This document shows, in pieces, positions 1-9,381 of a stretch of 64,000 nucleotides of DNA. Within the stretch, counting starts at the first letter, position 1; the number at the start of each line of letters is the position of its first letter. This stretch comes from Armatimonadota bacterium. Lineage in GTDB: Bacteria; Armatimonadota; HRBIN16. The translations under genes were made by a program, and so were the position numbers. Location of the stretch: assembly GCA_026003195.1 (NCBI GenBank), contig BPGU01000003.1, forward strand, positions 472,763 to 536,762, in the 5' to 3' direction. Under the pieces are notes generated by a model, which saw only the letters and a list, made by a program, of their open reading frames with translations, did not search any database and was not told the DNA's origin.

Positions 1-336
1 CCAGTCGTAAGGGTCGGTGTTCCAAGGCTTGCGAGGCACCCCGTGGCTGGGGCAGCGAAAAATGTCCTCGTTCTTAACGTATGGCAGAATGAACCCTGAC
101 CACGTGTTGGGGAAATGGGTGAACTGCCAGTACGTATCCCAAATGGACATGCCGTCGTAGTCTTCCACGTACATCCGCGCTGCAGTACCGATCTGCTTCA
201 TGTTAGACAGACACGAAGCCTGCCGTGCCTTTTCCCGAGCTTGCGCGAAGACCGGGAACAGAATCGCTGCCAGTATCGCGATAATCGCGATCACTACGAG
301 CAGCTCAATCAGGGTAAAACCGCGACGAGATTTCAT
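1..336 (-). CDS. prepilin-type N-terminal cleavage/methylation domain protein (DUF1559 / H-X9-DG family), 5-prime part only; gene runs off the window
   Basis: Reverse-complement translation from ATG (334-336) reads [61 protein letters not shown]..., the canonical type IV pilin-like leader plus DUF1559 N-terminus. No stop before position 1. Its start overlaps the stop of the upstream regulator (ATGA). Confidence 0.8.
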   Translation of the reverse strand, partial: MKSRRGFTLIELLVVIAIIAILAAILFPVFAQAREKARQASCLSNMKQIGTAARMYVEDYDGMSIWDTYWQFTHFPNTWSGFILPYVKNEDIFRCPSHGVPRKPWNTDPYDW

Positions 337-1472
337 GGTGAACCCTCCTTCTGGTTTTCAGGTTGTCGAGATGTTTGAGAGTGTGGCGGTGCACACGAAT
401 CGCGCAGCACCACCTGAGCGGGTATCTCTACCCGTTGAGGAACTGGTTTGCCCTCCATCATGTCCATCAGCAGACGTACACCCGTGCGCGCCATCTGCTC
501 GAGGTCCACGCGCACCGAGGAGAGGGGCGGCTGCATGGTGGTGCAGAAAGGCTCGTCGTCGAAGCCGATAAGCGAGAGGTCTTCCGGCACCCGTACGTTC
601 ATCTCCGTGATCGCGGGATAGGCGAACGCCAACAGGATGTCCGACGCTCCCACGATAGCCGTCAGGGGTGGACGTACTTCCAGCAGCCGCTTCAGCGCCT
701 CCTGAACGGTAGGACGAGGCTGACCGTGTTGCATCACCCAGCTGGCTTCAGGGGTGATGCCCGCTTCTTGTAACGCCTCCATGTAGCCCTCGAAACGCTG
801 GGCGTAATGAGGCATATAGTGACCGGTAAAGAAGCCGATGCGCTGGTGTCCGAATCGAATCAGCTCACGCACCGCCAGATAGGTGCCCTCACGGTTCGCC
901 TGCACCACACGGGGAACCGGAACCTCGGGCTCGGCATCTACCACCACTACCGGATAACCCCGCCGCTGCATCCACAGCAGCCCCTCATCGTGCAGAGGAC
1001 CGAACACCAGCGCGGCGTCGAAGCGGTGGTGTCGCTCCCACTCTTGCAGGTAGCTGGCAGATGCGCTTCGGTCGGGGAAGTGGAGTAACAGGCTACCCCA
1101 CAGATGCCGGGCACACTCCTCCGCCGCTGCGTGCAACATGCGCATCTCGCCCACCGAATAGGAGGGGCGTGCCCCCGGTATCTGCCAGGTGTAGATGAGA
1201 GCAACCAGATGCTGTTGCACCGGCTGTTTGGGGCGGCTGGCGGCGATAACCGTTCCTCGCCGTGTGCGTTCCACCACCCCACGCTGCGCCAGCAGAGTCA
1301 GCGCACGCTCGGCGGTCTGGTAACTGATGCCGTAGTGCCTGGCGATAGCACGGGCAGACCACAGGGGAATGCCCGGCTTGAGCTGCCCCGAGCTGACCGC
1401 TGCCTCTATCTGCTCCACGATTTGCACGTAGAGCGGTGTGCGCAGATGTGGGTTCAGGTGCAACGGTATCAC
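333..1472 (-). CDS. GntR-family HTH transcriptional regulator with C-terminal LacI/periplasmic-binding-protein-like sugar-binding domain
   Basis: N-terminus [22 protein letters not shown]...[31 protein letters not shown] is a GntR winged HTH. The remaining ~280 aa has a PBP type 1 fold pattern (RIGFFTG, LIGFDD). Probable GTG start at 1470-1472. Translationally coupled to the downstream DUF1559 gene. Confidence 0.75.
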   Translation of the reverse strand: MIPLHLNPHLRTPLYVQIVEQIEAAVSSGQLKPGIPLWSARAIARHYGISYQTAERALTLLAQRGVVERTRRGTVIAASRPKQPVQQHLVALIYTWQIPGARPSYSVGEMRMLHAAAEECARHLWGSLLLHFPDRSASASYLQEWERHHRFDAALVFGPLHDEGLLWMQRRGYPVVVVDAEPEVPVPRVVQANREGTYLAVRELIRFGHQRIGFFTGHYMPHYAQRFEGYMEALQEAGITPEASWVMQHGQPRPTVQEALKRLLEVRPPLTAIVGASDILLAFAYPAITEMNVRVPEDLSLIGFDDEPFCTTMQPPLSSVRVDLEQMARTGVRLLMDMMEGKPVPQRVEIPAQVVLRDSCAPPHSQTSRQPENQKEGSP

Positions 1473-1863
1473 TTGGCTAATCCTTTGCTATGACTGCTAT
1501 GATATACTCATCGCTAATACTCTACAACACTTCACGCCGTTTGTCAAGGGGTTTTTCCCCTGTTTTCTGCGAGGTTTTCAAAAAATCGGCGCAAACCGAA
1601 GGCAAAACGCAAACTTTCTCCATACTGATATTCAGAGCCAATAAAAACGGGAGAATAGTCAATAAATGGGAAATTCATTCTCTGCTTCCGCTGCGTGCTC
1701 TCTGACAAAGGAAGAAGCATCCGTCTGCCCCCTGCAAATACCGGTATCGTCAGCCATCCCATAAACTAATATGTGCTATGATTAATGGAGTGAACACCCT
1801 CTGTGTGCTATGAGAGAAATTCCTGTTTGGGAAGAATTTTACTGGTCAACGCGCAAAAAGTTA

Positions 1864-1892
1864 TTGACAAACGTGGAAAGTTTTTGTATAAT
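1864..1892 (+). promoter_or_regulatory. consensus sigma70-type promoter (TTGACA-17 nt-TATAAT) upstream of the DUF1559 gene
   Basis: TTGACA at 1864-1869, a 17-nt spacer, TATAAT at 1887-1892. GGAGG RBS at 1935-1939 and ATG at 1950. Confidence 0.55.
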
Positions 1893-1949
1893 AAGGAAAC
1901 AAGTTATGCCCTTAACCGGGCGAAATCACCAGTGGAGGTGTTTCTGGTC

Positions 1950-2885
<936 letters not shown>

Positions 2886-2901
2886 TCTCACCCGTGCTCC
2901 G

Positions 2902-2934
2902 AATCCCTCTCCCACGCTGTGGGAGAGGGATTTT
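2902..2934 (+). terminator. intrinsic terminator hairpin after the DUF1559 gene
   Basis: Perfect 14-bp inverted repeat AATCCCTCTCCCAC / GTGGGAGAGGGATT with a 3-nt loop, followed by TTTT. Confidence 0.5.
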
Positions 2935-3083
2935 GGCTATTCTCTCTTGCGCCCCCGCCACTTGGCGTCCAACAGCCTGCCGATTTGCTTGTCGGGAGTG
3001 GAAGGTTGAGGCGCAGCTGGACGAGGGGAAGTCTGCGGTGTTTCCCAAGCAAGTATTGGAGGCTGAGCAAGGACTACGAGGCT

Positions 3084-3844
3084 TTACCGCAGACCGGTGA
3101 GGCGTTGATCTATGCCAGCCGTGGTTCCGGTGGTGGTCCGACTCTTGGCATGTAGATGACGTAAACCCGCCTCCACACGCGCCACAGGCAACCAACCTGC
3201 CTCCTCCAACTGCTTTAACAAACACGCCCGATGCCCACACAACCTGTCCCCCACCAACAAAGTGCCAGACGCCAAACCACCACGACCATATCGCTCCACC
3301 CACTCCCCCAACAGCCGACCCTCATCCGCATACGCCTCCCCCAACTGCAACCCCACCACCCAGACCCGACCACCCTTCCCAACGCCACCCTCTTCACATG
3401 CGACCGCTGCTGACGTGCCTGTGCCCCTCGCCAATACTGCGCGAAAAACGGCGAGGGCTACCCCACCCCCGTGCCATCCACAAACACACATGACGTCTCA
3501 CCGGTCGGCGTCTCGGCACCGATACCCTGCTGGACGAGCCAATGGAGCAGTTGTTGCAGGCGTTCGTCTGCAAGATGCCGCAAGCGGTAGGAGAGCGTGC
3601 CTAAGGCAGGCAGAGGGTGGTCGGGCAGAATCTCGGGGGCAAGCGCAAAGAGCAGGCGTCGGTAGGGGACGTGTTCGCGCACGCCGAGCAGCCAGAGGGT
3701 GAGGATGAGGGCTTCGGGATACTTGTGGGGTCGTCCGCGTCGTTTGGGAAGGGGGTTCTCCTGGCAGAAGCGCAGGACAAGGCTGTAAATGGTGCGTACC
3801 CGTATGGTGGCGAGAGTAGTTCGTCTGGAGTATGTGTGTTTCAT
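3084..3844 (-). mobile_element. degenerate IS5-family (IS427-group-like, two-ORF) insertion sequence remnant
   Basis: OrfA (3458-3844) carries a DUF4096-type HTH: KRRGRPHKYPEALILTLWLLGVREHVPYRRLL. A second ORF (3084-3491) lies in the -1 frame and overlaps OrfA, with weak DDE-region similarity (VGDRLCGHRACLLKQLEEAGWLPVA resembles ADKGYDS..LR..L...G..PVIP). Catalytic residues appear lost and no terminal inverted repeats were found. Confidence 0.5.
3458..3844 (-). pseudogene. IS5-family transposase OrfA (HTH, DUF4096) of the IS remnant
   Basis: 128-aa ORF with the RRGRP-HKYP...LILTLWLL signature of IS5/IS427-group OrfA proteins. Confidence 0.5.
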
Positions 3845-3900
3845 AGTATGTTTTATACCCGATGCTCACCGATTTTTCGAACACCCTCTGCTACCCCTGA

Positions 3901-4189
3901 CTCGCCGCGCGGACAGATTGTAAGCCAGTATGGATGGTTGGTTAACCACCTGAAGGGAGCACACTTCCTGTTCGCAGACGGACACGCCAAGTGGACGCGC
4001 GTGCAGGTGACTATTGCCAACAACCTGTGGAAGTGGCACTGCTTCCAGAGACCGGGCGAGAAAACCTTCGCGGGCGGCGATAATGTCCGCGACTTCGCCC
4101 CGGGATACGGTGCGCGTATCGGTGCAGTGTCCGATGCTGCATCCTGCCGCGCTGTCGCTTCGATCCGGGTCGCGGCAGAATACAAGTAA
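3901..4189 (+). pseudogene. C-terminal fragment (about 95 aa) of a DUF1559 / H-X9-DG paralogue, truncated next to the IS remnant
   Basis: Translation ...[50 protein letters not shown]... parallels the C-terminus of the intact gene at 1950-2885. It has no N-terminal pilin-like leader and no start codon. Confidence 0.75.
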
Positions 4190-4214
4190 TCTCCTCTTCT
4201 CGTTCTCATCATCG

Positions 4215-4240
4215 TACGGGGCGCCCGAGGGCGCCCCGTA
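4215..4240 (+). terminator. GC-rich hairpin (11-bp perfect stem) downstream of the DUF1559 fragment; probable relic terminator
   Basis: TACGGGGCGCC-CGAG-GGCGCCCCGTA. No U-tract. Confidence 0.3.
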
Positions 4241-4573
4241 TGCATGATCCCGTCCCACCCTTACTTGCAGAGGTTTATGCCCCGCCGCAACCATAAAGTG
4301 CTTCCGCACACAGACATCCCGAATAGCCCCATACAGAGCGAAGCGGAGAATCTCCGAGATGCTTCCCTTTTGTTTAGCGACGGTAAATGTCATAAAGAAA
4401 ACTTTCCCCGCATCCCATAATTCCTTTATAGATGCTCTTCTTGAAGAGAGAGATGTACCCCGATGCCATCTTCGCAGAAACGCCCTCCTCGGTCACATCT
4501 CTGTTTGGATCGCTGCCCATGTGGTGAACCGAGTTGCGTACATAGCACGAACCTTCTTCAGGAGGTGACGTTG

Positions 4574-6919
4574 ATGCAACGATTTTACAACCTGAGCACC
4601 GCTGTGAAACTAGGTGTCGGTTTCGGGGTGTGTGCCCTGTTGACTGCAGCAGTAGGCATCTTCAACCTGGTGCAACTGGTGAAAGTGAACCAGCCTGCCC
4701 GCGAGGTCGTACGCCACCATCTGGCAAACGCTATCGCCTTTGGCAAGATGGACTCGAACATGCAGCAGGTTCGGGCGCGCGAGTTTCGCCACATGCTCGC
4801 CATCGGCGACCCCAAAGAGATGCAAGCTGCAGAGGAAGCCGCCCAGAAGAACATCCAGGCGATAGAAGAGGCTTTCAAGCAGTATGAAGCCTCCTTGACC
4901 TCGGAGGACAATCGCCAGACGTTTGAGGAGCTCAAAAGCGCGTGGGCGGAATATGTGAAGCTGCACGAACAGCTCATTCAGCTGAACCGTCAGGGCAAAC
5001 GCGCTGAGGCAGCGCGTTTTGTAGCAGAGCAGATGCGCCCTGTCCTGCGCGAGCGCATTGACCCGCTCATACAACAGATAGACCAGGAGGTTAGCGAGAA
5101 GAGCAAACGCGCTGAAGCCGCTATCATGGGCACGTACGGACGAGCACGAGTATGGACTATCCTCTTCGTGCTTTTTGCGGTAATGGTCGGTGTGCTCTTC
5201 GGCTGGACCATTTCACGTTACCTGGTAGGCGTGGTTCGGCAGATGATGCAGGGGATGGAAAGCCTGCGCACGGGTGACCTCAGCAGTCTCCAGCAGGCGA
5301 TGAGTGCCATGGAACAGGGTGACCTGACGGCACAGGTGACCACGCAGGCTCTCCCGTTGCCTGTCCAAACCCGCGATGAGTTCGGCATGCTGGCACGCAC
5401 GTATAACTCGATGCTGGAGGGCATCCACGAGATTGGGCGTGCCTACTCGAAGGCACAGGAGACTCTGCGCTCGCTGCTGGCTGAAGTTGCCCGCTCTGCA
5501 GGAGAGGTCTCCAGCGCAAGCACGGAGCTCGCGGCGTCCACCGAACAGTCCGGACAAGCCTCCAGCGAAATCGCCAGAGGCAGCGAGCAACTTGCCCAGC
5601 AAGCGGGCGAAGCCGCACAGGCGATGGACAACCTCGACCGAGCCATCCACACTGTGCAGCAGGGCAGCGAAGCACAACGCGAAGCCGCCCAGCAAGCCGA
5701 AGAGGGCATGAGACAGGCTGCCAAAGCGGTGGAAGAGGTCGCTCGCTCCGCCCAGCAGATGGCTGCCTCCGCCCAGCAAGCCAGCGCGATTGCCCAGCAG
5801 GGTGGGCAATCGGTGGAAGAGATGTTGCGCACCATGCGCCAGATTCAAGAGCAAGCGGAAGCCTCCGCGCAGAAGGTGGCGCAGTTAGACCAGCTGGGTC
5901 AGCAGATAGGCAACATTGTGCAGACGATCGAGCAGATCGCGGAGCAGACAAACCTGCTGGCGTTGAACGCGGCGATAGAGGCGGCGCGTGCGGGCGAGCA
6001 CGGCAGAGGTTTCGCGGTGGTGGCGGACGAGGTGCGCAAGTTGGCGGAGCAGGCAGGTGCTGCCACCAAAGAGATTGCGACGTTGATTGGCAACGTGCGT
6101 TCTGGAGTGGAGGAGGCGGTTCGCGCCATGCAAGCCACCGGTGCACAGGTTTCGGACGGTTTCGCCCGCAGTGAGCAGGTCGGTTCCGCGCTGATGCAGA
6201 TTGTGGAGTCGGCGCAGCAGGTAGCGGGTGAGGTGCAGTCGGTGACGGCGGTGGCGGAGCAGATGTCGGCGAGCGTGCAGCAGGTATTGGCGACGGTGAG
6301 CACGGTGTTGCAGAGCGCGGAGGAGAACGTTCGCGCGGCATTAGAGATGGCGTCTGGTGCGGAGCAGGTGTCTTCGGCGATTGCGTCGGTGGCGAGCATC
6401 AGCGAGGAGGCAGCGGCGAGCGCGCAAGAGCTGACCGCTACCAACGAAGAGGTCGCAGCCACTGCTCAGGAGCTGTCCAGAATGGCGTCGGAGCTGCAGC
6501 TGGCACTGGTGCAGTTCAACACGGGCGACAGTTCGGCTTTGCAGGAATGCATCCACGTGTTCAAGAACGCGCATATCAGTCGTGCAGAGCGGCTGCAGAA
6601 GGTGATAGCAGGCAAAGTCTCGTTGACCGAAGCCGCTCTGGGTGACCACACCACCTGCCATTTCGGCAAGTGGTACTATAGCTCCGGGCAAAGAGACTTC
6701 GGCGCATACGCGGAGTTTCAGGCGATAGAAGCTCCGCACGCCCGCTTCCACCAGCTGGAACAGGAGATTGTCTCGCTGGTCAACCGCGGGCAGAAAGGAC
6801 AAGCGGAGCGGTTGCTGCCTGAAGCCCTCCGGGCGAAGGACGAGATCGTTCATCGGCTGGATGCGCTGATGAACCTCATCAGCGGGAGACAACAAAACAT
6901 TTTGCGCAAAGCGGCATAA
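4574..6919 (+). CDS. methyl-accepting chemotaxis protein: 4HB_MCP sensor, TM, HAMP, MA signalling domain and C-terminal CZB (chemoreceptor zinc-binding) domain
   Basis: ATG at 4574, 8 nt after GGAGG. Two TM segments flank a periplasmic helical sensor. The signalling-domain core is [33 protein letters not shown]. The C-terminus H-x27-C-H-F-G-K-W-x22-H-A-R-F-H fits the CZB 3His/1Cys motif. Confidence 0.9.
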   Translation: MQRFYNLSTAVKLGVGFGVCALLTAAVGIFNLVQLVKVNQPAREVVRHHLANAIAFGKMDSNMQQVRAREFRHMLAIGDPKEMQAAEEAAQKNIQAIEEAFKQYEASLTSEDNRQTFEELKSAWAEYVKLHEQLIQLNRQGKRAEAARFVAEQMRPVLRERIDPLIQQIDQEVSEKSKRAEAAIMGTYGRARVWTILFVLFAVMVGVLFGWTISRYLVGVVRQMMQGMESLRTGDLSSLQQAMSAMEQGDLTAQVTTQALPLPVQTRDEFGMLARTYNSMLEGIHEIGRAYSKAQETLRSLLAEVARSAGEVSSASTELAASTEQSGQASSEIARGSEQLAQQAGEAAQAMDNLDRAIHTVQQGSEAQREAAQQAEEGMRQAAKAVEEVARSAQQMAASAQQASAIAQQGGQSVEEMLRTMRQIQEQAEASAQKVAQLDQLGQQIGNIVQTIEQIAEQTNLLALNAAIEAARAGEHGRGFAVVADEVRKLAEQAGAATKEIATLIGNVRSGVEEAVRAMQATGAQVSDGFARSEQVGSALMQIVESAQQVAGEVQSVTAVAEQMSASVQQVLATVSTVLQSAEENVRAALEMASGAEQVSSAIASVASISEEAAASAQELTATNEEVAATAQELSRMASELQLALVQFNTGDSSALQECIHVFKNAHISRAERLQKVIAGKVSLTEAALGDHTTCHFGKWYYSSGQRDFGAYAEFQAIEAPHARFHQLEQEIVSLVNRGQKGQAERLLPEALRAKDEIVHRLDALMNLISGRQQNILRKAA

Positions 6920-6948
6920 AAGAGCTGAAAGGCTACACTGTGCGAACA

Positions 6949-6974
6949 GAGGGGCACGATAGAGCGTGCCCCTC
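6949..6974 (+). terminator. hairpin terminator after the MCP gene
   Basis: GAGGGGCACG-ATAGAG-CGTGCCCCTC, a perfect 10-bp stem. No clear U-tract. Confidence 0.35.
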
Positions 6975-7147
6975 AGGAGTTATCCTGGTGCTTTCACGGG
7001 TGCGCGCCGCTGCACTCCACACCCAACGGCTCGGCAGGAGCCTCGCCCTCCAATGACCTGAATGAGGGGACATACTTCGCGGCGTCCAGAGGAGAGCTGT
7101 TCCCTTACCGCGAAAATACAGACGACGCCACAGGAGGTAGCGGAACG

Positions 7148-7554
7148 ATGAAGTGCTCTCGGCATATCTGGTTGCTTTTTCTCCTCATTGCCCTGTCTGC
7201 CGCCGCCTTTGCCCAGCAGAGCCCCGACTGGGTGCAGGTGCGGCGGGAGGTTCCCACTCCGGGCTCACCCTGTCTGGATGGACACGTCCGTCAGTACGGG
7301 TGGCTGGTGAACCATCTAAGGGGGTACACTTCGTGTTCGCAGATGGGCACGTGAAGTGGACGCGCGTGCAGGTGACTATTGCCAACAACCTGTGGAAGTG
7401 GCACTGCTTCCAGAGACCGGGCGAGAAAACCTTCGCGGGTGGCGATAATGTCCGCGACTTCGCCCCGGGATACTGTGCGCGTATCGGTGCAGTGTCCGAT
7501 GCTGCATCCTGCCGCGCTGTCGCTTCGATCCTGGTCGCGGCAAAGTACAAGTGA
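7148..7554 (+). pseudogene. chimeric, frameshifted ORF: Sec-type signal peptide fused to a mosaic DUF1559 H-X9-DG C-terminal fragment
   Basis: AGGAGG RBS then ATG at 7148. MKCSRHIWLLFLLIALSAAAFAQQ resembles a signal peptide. From about 7236 the DNA is about 97% identical to 2597-2700 of the intact paralogue, with a 1-nt deletion near 7318 that shifts the frame. From about 7350 it is about 97% identical to fragment 3990-4190. The domain continues in the second frame (7153-7554). Confidence 0.6.
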
Positions 7555-7633
7555 CATTTTCCTGTGGAAGACTAGAAGGCATGAGGCTTGACCAACCACC
7601 GGGAGGGGCGGTTTCGCATGGGACAGCAAAGCC

Positions 7634-8497
7634 TCACGCCTTCAACGCGCCGCTGGTGACCCCTTGCACGAAGGCGCGCATTCCTATCGCGAATAGCGCA
7701 ATCAGCGGCAGACTGCCTATCACATACCCCGCCAGTGTGGGACCATAGTCCAGGTTGAACTCGCCCGAGAAACGAGTCACGCCGACGGTGAAGGTCTGCA
7801 GGCTGCTATCGCTGATGGTGACGAGAGGCCAGATGTAGTCGTTGTAGATGCCCAGCGTGGTCATGATGGCGATGGTCGCCAGCGTGGGCAGGGAAAGAGG
7901 CAGGGCAAGATGGCGGTAAATCTGCACGTCGCCTGCGCCGTCCAGCCGCATCGCCTCGAACAGCTCGTCGGGCAAGCTGGTGAAGAAGGTACGACACAGT
8001 ACCACGCCCAGCACCTGCCCACCCGCCAGGTAGGGCAGTATCAACGCCCAGCGCGTGTTCAGCAGCCCCATGCTCTGCACCAGCGCGTAGGTGGGGATGA
8101 GCGTGAGGATACCGGGCACCACCAGCAGAGCCAGAATCAGCGCGAACACCCCATCGCGCCCGCGAAAGTGGAGCCGCGCCAGCGCGTAGCCCGATAGGGA
8201 ACTGAACAGCAACACACCCGGTACCACCACTGCAGTGACAATGAGCGTATTGAGCAGATAGCCCTTGAGTGCGATGGCGGCGTCGCGGTAGAAATCCCAG
8301 CGAGCAGGCTGGGGCAGTCCCCAGAAGCGGGTGAAGATATCGGCGTTGGTCTTCAACGAGAGCAACAGCATCATCGCGAAAGGCAACAGCGACAACGCCA
8401 GCAGCACCGCCAGCACCGCACCGGAGAGCACCTCCGAAAAGCGGAGGCGACGCCTTCGGGAGGGAGACAGTGAACGAACTGTGCGGAGTGGTTTCAT
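7634..8497 (-). CDS. carbohydrate ABC transporter permease (MalG/UgpE-like, binding-protein-dependent inner membrane component)
   Basis: Six predicted TM helices and the EAA-like loop ...EAMRLDGAGDVQIYRHLALP.... Start ATG at 8495-8497 overlaps the upstream permease stop (ATGA). Confidence 0.85.
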   Translation of the reverse strand: MKPLRTVRSLSPSRRRRLRFSEVLSGAVLAVLLALSLLPFAMMLLLSLKTNADIFTRFWGLPQPARWDFYRDAAIALKGYLLNTLIVTAVVVPGVLLFSSLSGYALARLHFRGRDGVFALILALLVVPGILTLIPTYALVQSMGLLNTRWALILPYLAGGQVLGVVLCRTFFTSLPDELFEAMRLDGAGDVQIYRHLALPLSLPTLATIAIMTTLGIYNDYIWPLVTISDSSLQTFTVGVTRFSGEFNLDYGPTLAGYVIGSLPLIALFAIGMRAFVQGVTSGALKA

Positions 8498-9381
8498 GTC
8501 AGCTTCTCCAGCCTCCTGCCCCAGAGCAGGTTCAACAGCGACAGTACAAATATCGCCACAAACAGCGTCAATCCGATGGCGGCAGCATACCCCAGGTGCC
8601 CGAAGCGAAACGCCTGAAAGTACATGTGCAATGCGGGCACATGCGTCGCCAGCCCCGGGCCGCCTCCCGTCAGAATCAGGATGCTTCCGAAATCCTGCAA
8701 CACACCGATGAGCGTGAGTATCACCAGCAGGCGCACCTGCGGTAGCAGAAGAGGCAGGTCCACATACCACACCCTCTTCCAGCCGCTCACCCCGTCCACC
8801 TGGCACGAGTCCCACACGTCACCCGAAATCTGGTTCAGTCCCGCGAGATAAATGAGCAGAGCCAGTCCCCCTGCCCATGGGAAGCCGATGCCGATAATCG
8901 CCCACAATGCGGTGCCGGACTCGCCCAGCCACGAGCGGGTCAACGCGCCCATACCCATCGCTTCCAGCACCTGATTGAGCAATCCCACACTGCCGTCGTA
9001 GATGAAGCTCCACAGCAGCATCGTTACCATACCGGGCACTACCATCGGCAGGATGAAGGCGGTACGCAACACGTACTGCCAGCGTGGCGAGCGCAGGCTC
9101 ATGAGCAGCTCCGCAACCAGCAAGGGCATGGTCAGCGTCTTCAGCACGCTGGCTATCAGAAGGATAAGCAGGTTGCGCAAGCTGAGGCGCAGGAACTCAT
9201 CGTGCCACATCGCCACGAAGTTCCCCAGACCAATCCACTGCGGGTCTTCGCCCGTTTCCCATCGCGTGAAGGCTCGCGACAAGCCCAGTATCGCCGGGTA
9301 GTAGTTGAACAGTGCCAAAAGCACCAGCGTCGGCGCGAGCATCAGCGCAATGACCACTATGGAGGTGCGTCGTCGGCTCAT
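8494..9381 (-). CDS. carbohydrate ABC transporter permease (MalF/UgpA-like)
   Basis: Multi-TM protein with ...DSCQVDGVSGWKRVWYVDLPLL... (EAA motif region). ATG at 9379-9381 overlaps the SBP stop. Confidence 0.85.
   Translation of the reverse strand: MSRRRTSIVVIALMLAPTLVLLALFNYYPAILGLSRAFTRWETGEDPQWIGLGNFVAMWHDEFLRLSLRNLLILLIASVLKTLTMPLLVAELLMSLRSPRWQYVLRTAFILPMVVPGMVTMLLWSFIYDGSVGLLNQVLEAMGMGALTRSWLGESGTALWAIIGIGFPWAGGLALLIYLAGLNQISGDVWDSCQVDGVSGWKRVWYVDLPLLLPQVRLLVILTLIGVLQDFGSILILTGGGPGLATHVPALHMYFQAFRFGHLGYAAAIGLTLFVAIFVLSLLNLLWGRRLEKLT

Noticed and set aside
2996-3017. GGAAGGTTGAGGCG resembling the IS5 terminal inverted repeat GGAAGGTGCGAA
   Set aside because: Only the first 7-8 nt match and no complementary repeat was found at the other end of the IS remnant (3850-3900). 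Probably coincidental.
3084-3844. Possibility that the IS5-like element is intact with a programmed -1 frameshift
   Set aside because: No classical slippery heptamer is present in the 3458-3491 overlap. OrfB is short (135 aa) and lacks a clear D-D-E triad. It is treated as a remnant, though ISfinder comparison could revise this.
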